IMG/VR virus record: IMGVR_UViG_2695420485_000017
Source of the DNA: a virus
Lineage: Duplodnaviria; Heunggongvirae; Uroviricota; Caudoviricetes
Reading direction: 5' to 3' (one strand)
DNA: 38,866 bases
Part shown: one piece after another, positions 30,330 through 38,674 of the stretch
How the letters are laid out: each line of letters opens with the position of its first letter
Position numbering within the stretch: the first letter of the stretch is position 1
Made by a program: the position numbers and the translations under genes
Notes under the pieces: model-generated
Database searches by the model: none
What the model saw: the letters and a program-made list of their open reading frames with translations, nothing else
What the model was told of the DNA's origin: nothing

Positions 30330-30515
30330 TTATGCCGCTTTGCGGTAAGCGCTTTCTTGATACTTCAGGGCGCCAGCTGTAACGACTTCCAGTCGATAGG
30401 CGTCTTTCTCTGGGATGACTTCCTTCCACTGAGAGACTGCTGCGTCGCTAATGCCTAACGCTTTAGCTACAGCACGCTGGGTTCCGAAGTGGTCGATAAC
30501 ATCTTTCTTGTACAT
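30330..30515 (-). CDS. cro: Cro repressor
   Basis: 61 aa MYKKDVIDHFGTQRAVAKALGISDAAVSQWKEVIPEKDAYRLE..., matches recalled P22 Cro. Confidence 0.9.
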   Translation of the reverse strand: MYKKDVIDHFGTQRAVAKALGISDAAVSQWKEVIPEKDAYRLEVVTAGALKYQESAYRKAA

Positions 30516-30595
30516 AGACTCGCTCCGAAATTAAAGAACACTTAAATTATCCACTAAAGGAATCTTAAGTCAAGTTTATTTAAGATGTCTTAACT
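30516..30595. promoter_or_regulatory. OR operators with divergent PR/PRM
   Basis: 18-bp palindrome ATTAAAGAACACTTAAAT at 30530-30547 plus two more ATTTAAG/CTTAA operator-like sites; between divergent cro and c2. Confidence 0.8.
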
Positions 30596-31246
30596 ATGAA
30601 AACTCAATTGATGGGAGAGCGCATTCGCGCTCGGAGAAAAGAACTCAAGATCAGGCAGGCCGCACTTGGAAAGATGGTCGGCGTGTCTAATGTTGCCATA
30701 TCTCAGTGGGAACGCTCTGAGACAGAGCCAAATGGAGAGAATCTTCTCGCCCTGGCTAATGCGTTGAAGTGTTCCCCTGACTATCTGATGAAAGGAGAGG
30801 AAAGTCTTTCAAACATTGCCTATCACAGTAGGCATGATCCAAAAGGGTCATTCCCTCTGATTAGCTGGGTGAGCGCAGGATGCTGGATGGAAGCTGTAGA
30901 ACCATATCATAAGCGTGCAATAGATAACTGGTACGATACAACCGTAGACTGTTCAGAAGATTCGTTTTGGTTGGACGTGAAGGGAGACTCAATGACGGCT
31001 CCGGCCGGTCTCAGTATCCCTGAAGGAATGATAATACTCGTCGATCCTGAAGTAGAGCCGCGTAACGGGAAACTGGTAGTTGCAAAGCTCGAAGGAGAAA
31101 ACGAGGCAACTTTCAAGAAGTTAGTTATTGATGCAGGCAGGAAGTTTCTAAAACCACTTAACCCACAATATCCGATGATCGAGATCAACGGAAACTGCAA
31201 AATCATCGGCGTAGTTGTCGATGCAAAACTAGCAAACCTTCCATAA
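30596..31246 (+). CDS. c2: C2 repressor (LexA-like, S24 autopeptidase domain)
   Basis: 216 aa, near-identical to recalled P22 c2 (MKTQLMGERIRARRKELKIRQAALGKMVGVSNVAISQWERSETEP...GDSMTAP...). Confidence 0.95.
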   Translation: MKTQLMGERIRARRKELKIRQAALGKMVGVSNVAISQWERSETEPNGENLLALANALKCSPDYLMKGEESLSNIAYHSRHDPKGSFPLISWVSAGCWMEAVEPYHKRAIDNWYDTTVDCSEDSFWLDVKGDSMTAPAGLSIPEGMIILVDPEVEPRNGKLVVAKLEGENEATFKKLVIDAGRKFLKPLNPQYPMIEINGNCKIIGVVVDAKLANLP

Positions 31247-31268
31247 GGGGCATTCGCCCCTTTTTTTT
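31247..31268 (+). terminator. Rho-independent terminator after c2
   Basis: GGGGC-attc-GCCCC followed by T8, immediately after c2 stop. Confidence 0.75.
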
Positions 31269-31289
31269 ATTTCCTTTAAAAATCAAAGC

Positions 31290-31371
31290 CAAACTTAAGT
31301 TACGAAAGAAAATTTAAGTTTTCTTCAAAAATACTCTTGACCATTAATTAAAGAGATCTTAAATTTAAGCC
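31290..31371 (+). promoter_or_regulatory. OL operators and PL promoter
   Basis: Repeated CTTAAG/TTTAAG operator half-sites; -35 TTGACC (31337-31342), 17-nt spacer, -10 TAAATT. Confidence 0.6.
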
Positions 31372-31410
31372 ATCAGCAGGACGCTGGAAGCCAAACGGAA
31401 CAGATTGGCA

Positions 31411-31451
31411 GGCTCTTTAACATTGATGGGATTGTCCCGCCGAAATGCGGG
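31411..31451 (+). promoter_or_regulatory. nutL (boxA and boxB)
   Basis: boxA GGCTCTTTAAC and hairpin CCCGC-cgaaat-GCGGG. Confidence 0.6.
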
Positions 31452-31810
31452 AACTGAGTTTAACCAAACAGGAGGTGCCGTAATGGTGCACTAACGCGGT
31501 TAGACAGCAGCCGAAAGGCAATGCAGCAGTAATGATGCTGCCCCGAGTCGCGTAATGGCGAGCAGGTTTAGCAGACCGATGTGAGGGTAAATAAGGGAAC
31601 ATGCTCCGGAAAGGCAGCGCGAATGCCAGACGCGCACCGGTTATCAGCGGCTAATAAGCGACAGAGACTCAAGGGCATGAGCGCGCTCACTGCGAGAGTG
31701 TGAGTCAAAGAGTAGTTGGCTTTGGGGTGACGTGAAGTGCAGCTGCACGACGGCAACCGGAAGATAAGCACCCGGCGCGTCACCGCCAAAGTCAATCATC
31801 GGAGGTCAAC

Positions 31811-32083
31811 ATGGCAGTAGTCATTACATATCTGGCTGACGATAACGCCAGAAATCGTCGCAGAGCACGCAGACAGGCTCAACGTGAACAGGCGATGCAA
31901 GAGCAGCGACTGGCGCGAAAAATTGCGCTAAAGCTCTCTGGTTGCGTCAGAGCAGATAAAGCAGCATCACTCGGAAGCCTTCGCTGCAAGAAGGCAGATG
32001 AATGCAGTGGAAGTATTTGCCTGCCAAACGTAGCCATTTACGCGGCAGGCTACCGGAAATCAAAACAACTGACGGCGAGGTAA
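31811..32083 (+). CDS. N-like antiterminator (P22 gene 24-like)
   Basis: 90 aa with arginine-rich motif NARNRRRARRQAQRE near N-terminus; GGAGG RBS; first gene of PL operon. Confidence 0.6.
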   Translation: MAVVITYLADDNARNRRRARRQAQREQAMQEQRLARKIALKLSGCVRADKAASLGSLRCKKADECSGSICLPNVAIYAAGYRKSKQLTAR

Positions 32084-32086
32084 GTG

Positions 32087-32311
32087 ATGAATCAGACATA
32101 CATTCCATCATGCTTGAGAAATCTGCCAAAGCAGAAAGCAAAGCCCCGCAAGCAAGCCATAAAGGACGCTAAGGCAGAGGTTATTGATCAAGCAATACAA
32201 TTGCTCAGGGAGGAGTTAAGAAGTGGCAAGCTCGAAGGAATGATGATGCCATATCAGCGCGGATATCTATCGGCGATTAGTAAGTTGGAAGTATTGAAGA
32301 GTGAATTATGA
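32087..32311 (+). CDS. Hypothetical early protein
   Basis: 74-aa ORF starting 4 nt after N-like stop; basic N-terminus. Confidence 0.45.
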   Translation: MNQTYIPSCLRNLPKQKAKPRKQAIKDAKAEVIDQAIQLLREELRSGKLEGMMMPYQRGYLSAISKLEVLKSEL

Positions 32312-32373
32312 ACTATCTGGAATTTCCGGATGGTTCATTGTTTTGGCAGCAAACCACTTATTTGAGGTGAGAT

Positions 32374-32697
32374 ATGGAAGCATTAGTAGTAGAGCGAAGC
32401 GAGGATGGCTACTGGACGCACCCAGAATACGCCAACCTGTTTGGGGATAGAGAGGTAATTTCAGCTGATGAGTTCAGATCTTTCTGCAAGCAGCATGGCA
32501 TTGAATCATCAATTGTTGAAATGGAAAACGACAACAATCAAACGGTAATTGACGCGTATTTTGAAGATGGGAATCAAAACATCAGTGGATGGGAGCCAAG
32601 CATGCCAGATGGAGAAGGATGGTTTGTCGGTTCGATTCACGATACAGAAGACGGTCCGATCTGCGTTTGGTTCAGGAATGTAGATAAGGCCGAATAG
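32374..32697 (+). CDS. Hypothetical strongly acidic early protein
   Basis: 107 aa, about 24 Asp/Glu versus about 6 Lys/Arg; followed by terminator hairpin. Confidence 0.55.
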   Translation: MEALVVERSEDGYWTHPEYANLFGDREVISADEFRSFCKQHGIESSIVEMENDNNQTVIDAYFEDGNQNISGWEPSMPDGEGWFVGSIHDTEDGPICVWFRNVDKAE

Positions 32698-32712
32698 TCG
32701 GCCTTTATTTTT
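32688..32712 (+). terminator. Terminator candidate in PL operon
   Basis: GGCCGA-atag-TCGGCC followed by TTTATTTTT; stop codon lies in loop. Confidence 0.5.
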
Positions 32713-32734
32713 GGCATAAACAACAGAGGCTAAC

Positions 32735-33031
32735 ATGGAATTTAAAGGTACTGAAGGTAAGTGGGAAATAATGATGGATGGCGATGAGATTAAAATCATC
32801 CAGGCAGACTCACTTGAAAATGGCGCAGGCTGGCGTTCGTATATTGCAATCTGTGAGGAAGTTCAATGCATTGAAGATGCCAATCTAATAGCGGCAGCAC
32901 CTGACCTTCTCGAAGCACTTCAGTTATTACTTAAGCAAATCAAAAATAGAACAACGACAACATATCCAGAATGGTATGGAGCTGTTAATAAAGGTATCGC
33001 AGCAATCAGAAAAGCTCTTGGGGATAAGTAA
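32735..33031 (+). CDS. Hypothetical early protein
   Basis: 98-aa ORF, ATG start; next gene start overlaps its stop. Confidence 0.5.
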   Translation: MEFKGTEGKWEIMMDGDEIKIIQADSLENGAGWRSYIAICEEVQCIEDANLIAAAPDLLEALQLLLKQIKNRTTTTYPEWYGAVNKGIAAIRKALGDK

Positions 33032-33219
33032 TGAAAGTAAAAATAACTGCTTCTAATACCAGTTTTGTTAGTGTTGGTGATATTACAGAAGTAATAACAA
33101 ACCATGATGGAACACAAGTTATGTGGTCTGATTTTTGTAAAAGATATGAGCGAGTTAGTTGGTGTAAAAACGTATGGGGAGTCGAATACGAAGAATTACC
33201 TGAAATGCATGACGAATAA
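33031..33219 (+). CDS. Hypothetical early protein
   Basis: 62-aa ORF translationally coupled to upstream gene. Confidence 0.45.
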   Translation: MKVKITASNTSFVSVGDITEVITNHDGTQVMWSDFCKRYERVSWCKNVWGVEYEELPEMHDE

Positions 33220-33314
33220 GCACTGTGTATTCATTCCAACGAGTGAATACACGGAGCAATGTCGCTCTTAACTAAACAGGAGCCGACTTGTTCTGATTAT
33301 TGGAAATCTTCTTT

Positions 33315-33338
33315 GCCCTCCAGTGTGAGGGCTTTTTT
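33315..33338 (+). terminator. Terminator candidate (tL-like)
   Basis: GCCCTC-cagtgt-GAGGGC followed by TTTTTTAT; preceded by a 9-bp hairpin at 33225-33252. Confidence 0.6.
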
Positions 33339-33404
33339 ATATGCATACCAATAACGCTTCACTCGAGGCGTTTTCGTTATGCAATCAAATATAAGGAGTT
33401 ACCC

Positions 33405-33539
33405 ATGATGCACTTTCAGCTCGCGGGTAGCGGCGTCATGTCCGCTTTCTACCCGCACGAATCTGAATTATCACGCCGAGTTAAACAATTAATCAGAGCA
33501 GCAAAGAAACAACTGGAGGCGTTATGCGCAATGAAATAG
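33405..33539 (+). CDS. CIII-like small protein
   Basis: 44 aa MMHFQLAGSGVMSAFYPHESELSRRVKQLIRAAKKQLEALCAMK with AAGGAG RBS; amphipathic helix resembling lambda CIII core; ORF track extends upstream. Confidence 0.5.
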   Translation: MMHFQLAGSGVMSAFYPHESELSRRVKQLIRAAKKQLEALCAMK

Positions 33540-33676
33540 CCATCAATCACCAGATGCTTCGTGCAGCACAAAACAAAGCAGTAATAGCCAGATTTATTGG
33601 TGATTCCAAAATGTGGCTTGAAGCAAATAAAGCGATGAAATCAGCGATCAACATTCCGTGGTATCGCAGGAAATGA
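33524..33676 (+). CDS. Kil-like small protein
   Basis: 50-aa ORF MRNEIAINHQMLRAAQNKAVIARFIGDSKMWLEANKAMK... with GGAGG RBS; positional and weak recalled similarity to lambda Kil. Confidence 0.45.
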   Translation: MRNEIAINHQMLRAAQNKAVIARFIGDSKMWLEANKAMKSAINIPWYRRK

Positions 33677-33843
33677 GTTTTACAGATAACTGGTCAGACG
33701 AAGAATTCATTCGTCAGATGAAAGATTTAATCGGTAACGAAGGAGATATTCATGTCACTTGCAACCACAGTGAAGGAGAGCAAGTTACAGAGGCGCATGT
33801 ACACGCAGCAGGCGTTAATGTATCGCCAGAAGGGAGATCGTGA
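33673..33843 (+). CDS. Hypothetical small protein
   Basis: 56-aa ORF, ATG overlapping kil-like stop (ATGA). Confidence 0.4.
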   Translation: MSFTDNWSDEEFIRQMKDLIGNEGDIHVTCNHSEGEQVTEAHVHAAGVNVSPEGRS

Positions 33844-33932
33844 AGGTGTTCGCGTATTTTTAAATGCGGCAAAGACTGAAGTATTAAATCAGCGTTATTT
33901 CCTTGGGCCATGTCCATTCTGAGAACAATCAT

Positions 33933-34547
33933 ATGAGCAAAGAATTTTACGCAAGACTGGCAGCTATTCAGGAGAATCTGAACGCGCCAAAGAATCAGTA
34001 CAACTCATTCGGTAAATATAAATACAGAAGCTGCGAAGACATTCTTGAAGGCGTTAAGCCGTTACTGAATGGCCTGTTTTTATCAATCAGCGATGAAGTT
34101 GTGTTGATTGGTGATCGGTATTATGTGAAAGCCACGGCAACTATTACCGATGGCGAAAACAGTCATACGGCAACCGCTCTTGCACGAGAGGAAGAAAGCA
34201 AGAAAGGAATGGATTCTGCACAAGTTACTGGAGCTACAAGCTCTTATGCACGCAAGTATTGCCTCAATGGTTTATTCGGCATTGATGATGCGAAAGATGC
34301 AGATACCGACGAGCATAAACATCAGCAGAACGCAGCAGCAAAGCAATCAAAACCATCAAAACCATCACCTACACCTGAACAGGTTCTAAAAGCATTCACT
34401 GACGCAGCATTGCAGAAAAACACCGTGGAAGAGCTTAAACAGGCGTTCGCCAAAGCGTGGAAGATGCTCGAAGGCACACCGGAGCAGCACAAAGCGCAGG
34501 ACGTTTACAACATCAGACGAGACGAATTAGAAGGAGCTGCTGCTTAA
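33933..34547 (+). CDS. erf: Erf single-strand annealing recombinase
   Basis: N-terminal half (MSKEFYARLAAIQENLNAPKNQYNSFGKYKYRSCEDILEG...) matches recalled P22 Erf; ATG 33933. Confidence 0.75.
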   Translation: MSKEFYARLAAIQENLNAPKNQYNSFGKYKYRSCEDILEGVKPLLNGLFLSISDEVVLIGDRYYVKATATITDGENSHTATALAREEESKKGMDSAQVTGATSSYARKYCLNGLFGIDDAKDADTDEHKHQQNAAAKQSKPSKPSPTPEQVLKAFTDAALQKNTVEELKQAFAKAWKMLEGTPEQHKAQDVYNIRRDELEGAAA

Positions 34548-34930
34548 TGGCACATTCTATTACTGTAAGACTAAACAAGCCCGCAAGAGAGTTTCAGGCC
34601 GGGGAAAATATCGGATTCAACATCCGTGCTGGCGTTCAGTATTACGATCGCCAGACAAAAAAGAAAGAATGGACAAACTACAGCGCCGTTGTATTTGCCA
34701 AGCCGGGAGCGCAAGCGGATTACTACCGTAGTGTTCTTGTTGAAGGTGGCATTGTAGAAATTACCGGAGAAAACATCAGGGTTGATGTTTATCAGGGGCA
34801 AAATGGTCAATCAATCACTCTTGAATTACTGAATGCAAAGATTGGATTTGCAACTTCAGGAAACAGCCCGCAGCAGCAAAGTAGTAACCAGCAGAACACT
34901 CCTGTATACGACGATTCCATCCCATTCTGA
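34547..34930 (+). CDS. SSB-like single-stranded DNA-binding protein
   Basis: 127 aa, Gln-rich linker and acidic C-terminal tail YDDSIPF typical of SSB; start overlaps erf stop. Confidence 0.65.
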   Translation: MAHSITVRLNKPAREFQAGENIGFNIRAGVQYYDRQTKKKEWTNYSAVVFAKPGAQADYYRSVLVEGGIVEITGENIRVDVYQGQNGQSITLELLNAKIGFATSGNSPQQQSSNQQNTPVYDDSIPF

Positions 34931-34953
34931 TTTAGAAAAATAAGGATTTAATT

Positions 34954-35247
34954 ATGCCAGCGCCTCTGTATGGTGCGGATGACCCGCGCCGCTGTTCCGG
35001 CAATTCCGTATCGGAGGTGCTGGATAAATTCAGAAAAAACTACGATCGAATAATGTCGCTACCGCAGGAAACGAAAGAGGAAAAGGAATTTCGCCATTGT
35101 ATATGGCTTGCAGAGAAAGAAGAACGCGAGCGAATTTACCAGACATCAATCCGACCATTCCGCAAAGCCACATATACCCACTTCCCTGAAATTGACCCGC
35201 GCCTGCGTAATTACCGCTCACGCTATGGCGCTATCAGTAATGACTGA
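34954..35247 (+). CDS. Hypothetical protein (position of abc-type anti-RecBCD genes in P22)
   Basis: 97-aa ORF downstream of erf/ssb; function not assignable from sequence. Confidence 0.5.
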   Translation: MPAPLYGADDPRRCSGNSVSEVLDKFRKNYDRIMSLPQETKEEKEFRHCIWLAEKEERERIYQTSIRPFRKATYTHFPEIDPRLRNYRSRYGAISND

Positions 35248-35257
35248 GGAACTAACA

Positions 35258-35548
35258 ATGAAAACAATGAAGCTAAACATCGACCTCGGCAAATACGTTA
35301 TTACCGGAACAAAACACGACCTGATTCTTAGTGAAAGAGGAATTATCAAAGAAGGTGAGAATGCAGGGAAAGAAACACTAAGCCGTATCGGTTATTACAG
35401 CAAGTTTGAGCATCTGGTTAAAGAATTATGCAACCGTGAAATCCTGTTATCTCAGGCGCAGACGCTACAGGATATTCAGCAACATATCGAGACTTTAGGT
35501 GTGTCACTTAGCATGGCCGTTGACCAGTTCGTGGAGAGTAAATCATGA
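35258..35548 (+). CDS. Hypothetical protein
   Basis: 96-aa ORF with GAGGA RBS; ORF track shows longer overlapping frame. Confidence 0.5.
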   Translation: MKTMKLNIDLGKYVITGTKHDLILSERGIIKEGENAGKETLSRIGYYSKFEHLVKELCNREILLSQAQTLQDIQQHIETLGVSLSMAVDQFVESKS

Positions 35549-35709
35549 GAGGACTTGCATACAATCCCGGCATTCTTCCGGCAGAAATGATTATTCGCCA
35601 ACGCGTAAAGCCAATGCCATCGAGAAAGGAATTACTTAAGAGAAAGAGTTTCGGTTCTGTTAATGACAACAAATATCTGAATGCGATGTTGCGGAGTGGG
35701 AAGAAATGA
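35545..35709 (+). CDS. Hypothetical small basic protein
   Basis: 54-aa ORF, ATG overlapping upstream stop and its own stop overlapping next start (translational coupling). Confidence 0.35.
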   Translation: MRGLAYNPGILPAEMIIRQRVKPMPSRKELLKRKSFGSVNDNKYLNAMLRSGKK

Positions 35710-36041
35710 AACAAATGTCACTAATTGAGATGGATGGATTTCTGAAAGGTAAATGCATCCCACGAGATTTAAAGGTGAACGAAACAAACACTGAATATCT
35801 GGTGCGTAAATTTGCTGAACTTGAAGCTAAATGCGCGGCGCTGGCTGCGGAGAATGCGGGGCTGAAGGATTACCTGGCCCCTATAGGGCTGAAGGTTGAA
35901 GGGACTCCAACCACCGACGCTTTCCTGGCTGAAGTACGAGCGCAGGGCGTGGAGATGTTTGCTGAGTGCGCATACACACTTGAACATCATGATCACGCAG
36001 TAGCCTTCGCCGCTGAGCTTCGCAAAGGAGGCAACCAGTGA
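35706..36041 (+). CDS. Hypothetical protein
   Basis: 111-aa ORF; C-terminus GGNQ-stop encoded by repeat AAGGAGGCAACCAGTGA. Confidence 0.5.
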   Translation: MKQMSLIEMDGFLKGKCIPRDLKVNETNTEYLVRKFAELEAKCAALAAENAGLKDYLAPIGLKVEGTPTTDAFLAEVRAQGVEMFAECAYTLEHHDHAVAFAAELRKGGNQ

Positions 36042-36523
36042 CTGGACATGCAGCAATTCTCGACATGTGCTGTGGCAGTCGCATGTTCTGGTTCGATAAG
36101 AAGGACGGCCGGGCGATATTTAGCGATATCAGAAAGGAAGAGCACACATTGTGTGATGGACGACGGCTGATAATTAGCCCTGACCTGATAGCAGATTTTC
36201 GTGCATTACCATTTGCAGACGCATCGTTTCCGGTTGTTGTATTCGACCCTCCGCATCTTGAGCGTGTTGGTGATAACGCCTGGATGGGAAAGAAATATGG
36301 ACGGCTGAATAAAGATACCTGGCGTGATGATTTGCGGCAGGGATTTAAAGAAGCCTTTCGTGTGTTGCGGCCATACGGCGTTCTGATTTTTAAATGGAAT
36401 GAAACGCAAATACCTGTTCGCCAGATATTGGCACTGACCGACAGAAAGCCTGTTATCGGTCAACGAACAGGAAAGGGTGACAAGACCCACTGGATTATTT
36501 TTATGAAGGAGGGCAACCAGTGA
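36038..36523 (+). CDS. Putative SAM-dependent (DNA) methyltransferase
   Basis: Motif I-like ILDMCCGSR and motif IV-like FDPPH; GTG start 6 nt after AAGGAGG. Confidence 0.65.
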   Translation: MTGHAAILDMCCGSRMFWFDKKDGRAIFSDIRKEEHTLCDGRRLIISPDLIADFRALPFADASFPVVVFDPPHLERVGDNAWMGKKYGRLNKDTWRDDLRQGFKEAFRVLRPYGVLIFKWNETQIPVRQILALTDRKPVIGQRTGKGDKTHWIIFMKEGNQ

Positions 36524-37290
36524 GCCAGATTGATTATCAAAAGCTTCGTGAAATCGCTGAAAAAACAAAAATTGCCGGTGAAGCACCTGTAATGCCTTTC
36601 GATCAGCGAATTAATGCGCTTAACGATTTTATGAAGCACTTTTCGCCAGATATCGCGCTGGCATTGCTGGATGAACGGGAAAGAAACCAGCAATACATCA
36701 AATCCCGCGATCAGGAGAACGAGGATATTGCGCTAACGGTAGGGAAGCTGCGTGTTGAGCTGGAAGGCAAAGACAGCAAAATAGCCAATCTTACCGCCGA
36801 ACGCGATGCTCTTCGTGAAGGTGAGATGGGCGACGCTAGGCATAGCAACACACGGGCCGCAGCTGATATCTACTTCCAACTGGTCGAGGAGTGCGAAATT
36901 CCTGCTGGCGGTTCTCTGGTCGAGTACGTTGACGATATGCGCGAGAAGCTGGAAGCCGCAGAGAAGCGCAACGCAAAATTACAAAGAGAGAATGCATACA
37001 TCCGCAACCGGTACAAAGAACTGGACCTATTAATCGGGAAAAACATTCTGGTCATGCAGGCTGCGATTATCGAATGGCAATCGACTGGCGACGCTAAAAG
37101 CGGACTGGCATGGATTTATAACACACTGTTTGGCCCAGGCGAATTACCGGACGAATCTGAGAAAGATGCTCAGGCCTACTTTAATCGCAAATATGCACCG
37201 ATTGACGAAAAGCTTATGGAGCTTCACAAGTGGTTTTGGGAACAAAGTGAAGCCGAGCGCGCCGCTGGCATTCGCATCAAAGGAGAGTGA
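36520..37290 (+). CDS. Hypothetical coiled-coil protein (Ea22-like position)
   Basis: 256-aa ORF with GTG start after AAGGAGGG RBS; charged helical sequence. Confidence 0.5.
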   Translation: MSQIDYQKLREIAEKTKIAGEAPVMPFDQRINALNDFMKHFSPDIALALLDERERNQQYIKSRDQENEDIALTVGKLRVELEGKDSKIANLTAERDALREGEMGDARHSNTRAAADIYFQLVEECEIPAGGSLVEYVDDMREKLEAAEKRNAKLQRENAYIRNRYKELDLLIGKNILVMQAAIIEWQSTGDAKSGLAWIYNTLFGPGELPDESEKDAQAYFNRKYAPIDEKLMELHKWFWEQSEAERAAGIRIKGE

Positions 37291-37291
37291 T

Positions 37292-37441
37292 ATGGCTAAG
37301 TACATCGTGACTATCGAAGGATTTAATGATTGCAAGGTTGTTGAGTTTGAAGCAGACACGCCAGAGGATGCCGAAGAAATAGGCAGAGACATATTCTATG
37401 AAGAATGCAACTACGGCGTATCACCTGCTACAGAGGACTAA
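37292..37441 (+). CDS. Hypothetical small acidic protein
   Basis: 49-aa ORF MAKYIVTIEGFNDCKVVEFEADTPEDAEEIG... with AAGGAGAG RBS. Confidence 0.45.
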   Translation: MAKYIVTIEGFNDCKVVEFEADTPEDAEEIGRDIFYEECNYGVSPATED

Positions 37442-37444
37442 CAC

Positions 37445-38065
37445 ATGACCACTTTAACCGACAAAGAACTGATTAAAGAAATCAAAGAGCGCATAGGCAG
37501 CTTGGACGTTCGAGACAATATTGAGCGCCGTGCTTATGAAATTGCACTGGCATCACTGGAACGCGAACAGATTCGCCACGAGCATGCCAAATGGTCTGAC
37601 TCCACATTTGGCTGCGTTGGCCCCATTGGTCCACTGAAACACCTCTCAAAAGAGGCACTGGAAGCCGCAGCCGAACCAGACGATCTTAGCGAGTGGGCTG
37701 ATATGCAGTTTCTGTTGTGGGATGCACAGCGCCGTGCTGGCATCAGCGATGCTGAAATTACCGCTGCTATGAAAGATAAATTGAAGATCAACATGGAGCG
37801 CCAGTGGCCTGAGCCAAAAGATGGTGAGCCTCGCTTGCACATTAAAGAACCCGGCAACTCTCCGGTAACTCCGGATGGCTGGATAAGCTGTAGTGAGCGA
37901 ATGCCGGACGACGCGCAGTGGTGCGTAGTTGACGCCGCAGACGGGTATTACGTGCAATGCTGGTCTGAAGGTCAAGGATGGCTTGGAGATGACATCAGCC
38001 TACGTAATTGCGATGTAATCAGATGGATGGCGATTCCTGAACCGCCGGAGCAGGATGGTGAATGA
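37445..38065 (+). CDS. Hypothetical protein (DUF550/DUF551-like)
   Basis: 206 aa; C-terminal WISCSERMPDD...YVQCW...VIRWMAIPEPP resembles the recurrent prophage DUF551 pattern. Confidence 0.55.
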   Translation: MTTLTDKELIKEIKERIGSLDVRDNIERRAYEIALASLEREQIRHEHAKWSDSTFGCVGPIGPLKHLSKEALEAAAEPDDLSEWADMQFLLWDAQRRAGISDAEITAAMKDKLKINMERQWPEPKDGEPRLHIKEPGNSPVTPDGWISCSERMPDDAQWCVVDAADGYYVQCWSEGQGWLGDDISLRNCDVIRWMAIPEPPEQDGE

Positions 38066-38151
38066 TGCCGCCAGTTAAAGTTGTGATTATCACTTTGGTG
38101 ATGATAGTGATTGCGAGAATCATGTCTGGTGAAGTTTGGTGGATATGGTAA
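38062..38151 (+). CDS. Candidate 29-aa hydrophobic mini-protein
   Basis: MMPPVKVVIITLVMIVIARIMSGEVWWIW, single predicted TM helix; ATG overlaps upstream stop; below ORF-track cutoff. Confidence 0.3.
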   Translation: MMPPVKVVIITLVMIVIARIMSGEVWWIW

Positions 38152-38252
38152 TGACCAAGGAAGCAGCAGAGCGCAACTAACAATCCTCGCACTGACGGTG
38201 ATTTCTTTTATCTGAACTCGCTACGGCGAGTTTTGTTTTATGGAGACAAGAA

Positions 38253-38597
38253 ATGTCAGATTTGGCTATGAAGATTTTGAAATGGCAATCGACTGGCGAT
38301 GTCGGCATCAGTAGCGCAACTCTTGCCTCAATCGCGTGTGGACTGAAAAAGAATATCTATGGTCATCACTTCGGCGCTCCACATGACGCAGCCGATTTCC
38401 GACGATGCGTTGCACTTGTTGAGCAGATTCCAGAAATCAGATACTCATTCGACAAGGTTGCAAAGCGCGTTCCGGCATTCAAAGGAATCCTCAACGAATG
38501 GGATTCTCTCGTTGCTCTGTTGAAGTCTGAAATGAAGATACACGGAAACAAAGCACCAGAGACTTACAGAAGAATCAGCGAGCTACGCAAGGACTAA
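38253..38597 (+). CDS. Hypothetical protein
   Basis: 114-aa ORF with GGAGA RBS; shares WQSTGD motif and 19-bp DNA identity with the Ea22-like gene. Confidence 0.5.
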   Translation: MSDLAMKILKWQSTGDVGISSATLASIACGLKKNIYGHHFGAPHDAADFRRCVALVEQIPEIRYSFDKVAKRVPAFKGILNEWDSLVALLKSEMKIHGNKAPETYRRISELRKD

Positions 38598-38635
38598 CGC
38601 CTCACACTCGATGAGGCCTGTACATATCTGATAGA

Positions 38636-38659
38636 GCCGCTATATGGCGGTTTCTTTTT
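38636..38659 (+). terminator. Weak terminator-like hairpin before xis
   Basis: CCGC-tatat-GCGG followed by TTTCTTTTT. Confidence 0.35.
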
Positions 38660-38674
38660 GCCTGGAGAATTAAG

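Noticed and set aside
31417-31795. Minus-strand ORFs of 61 and 75 aa in the PL leader
   Set aside because: Cys/Arg-rich translations of a GC-rich palindromic region with no start context; interpreted as structured non-coding leader.
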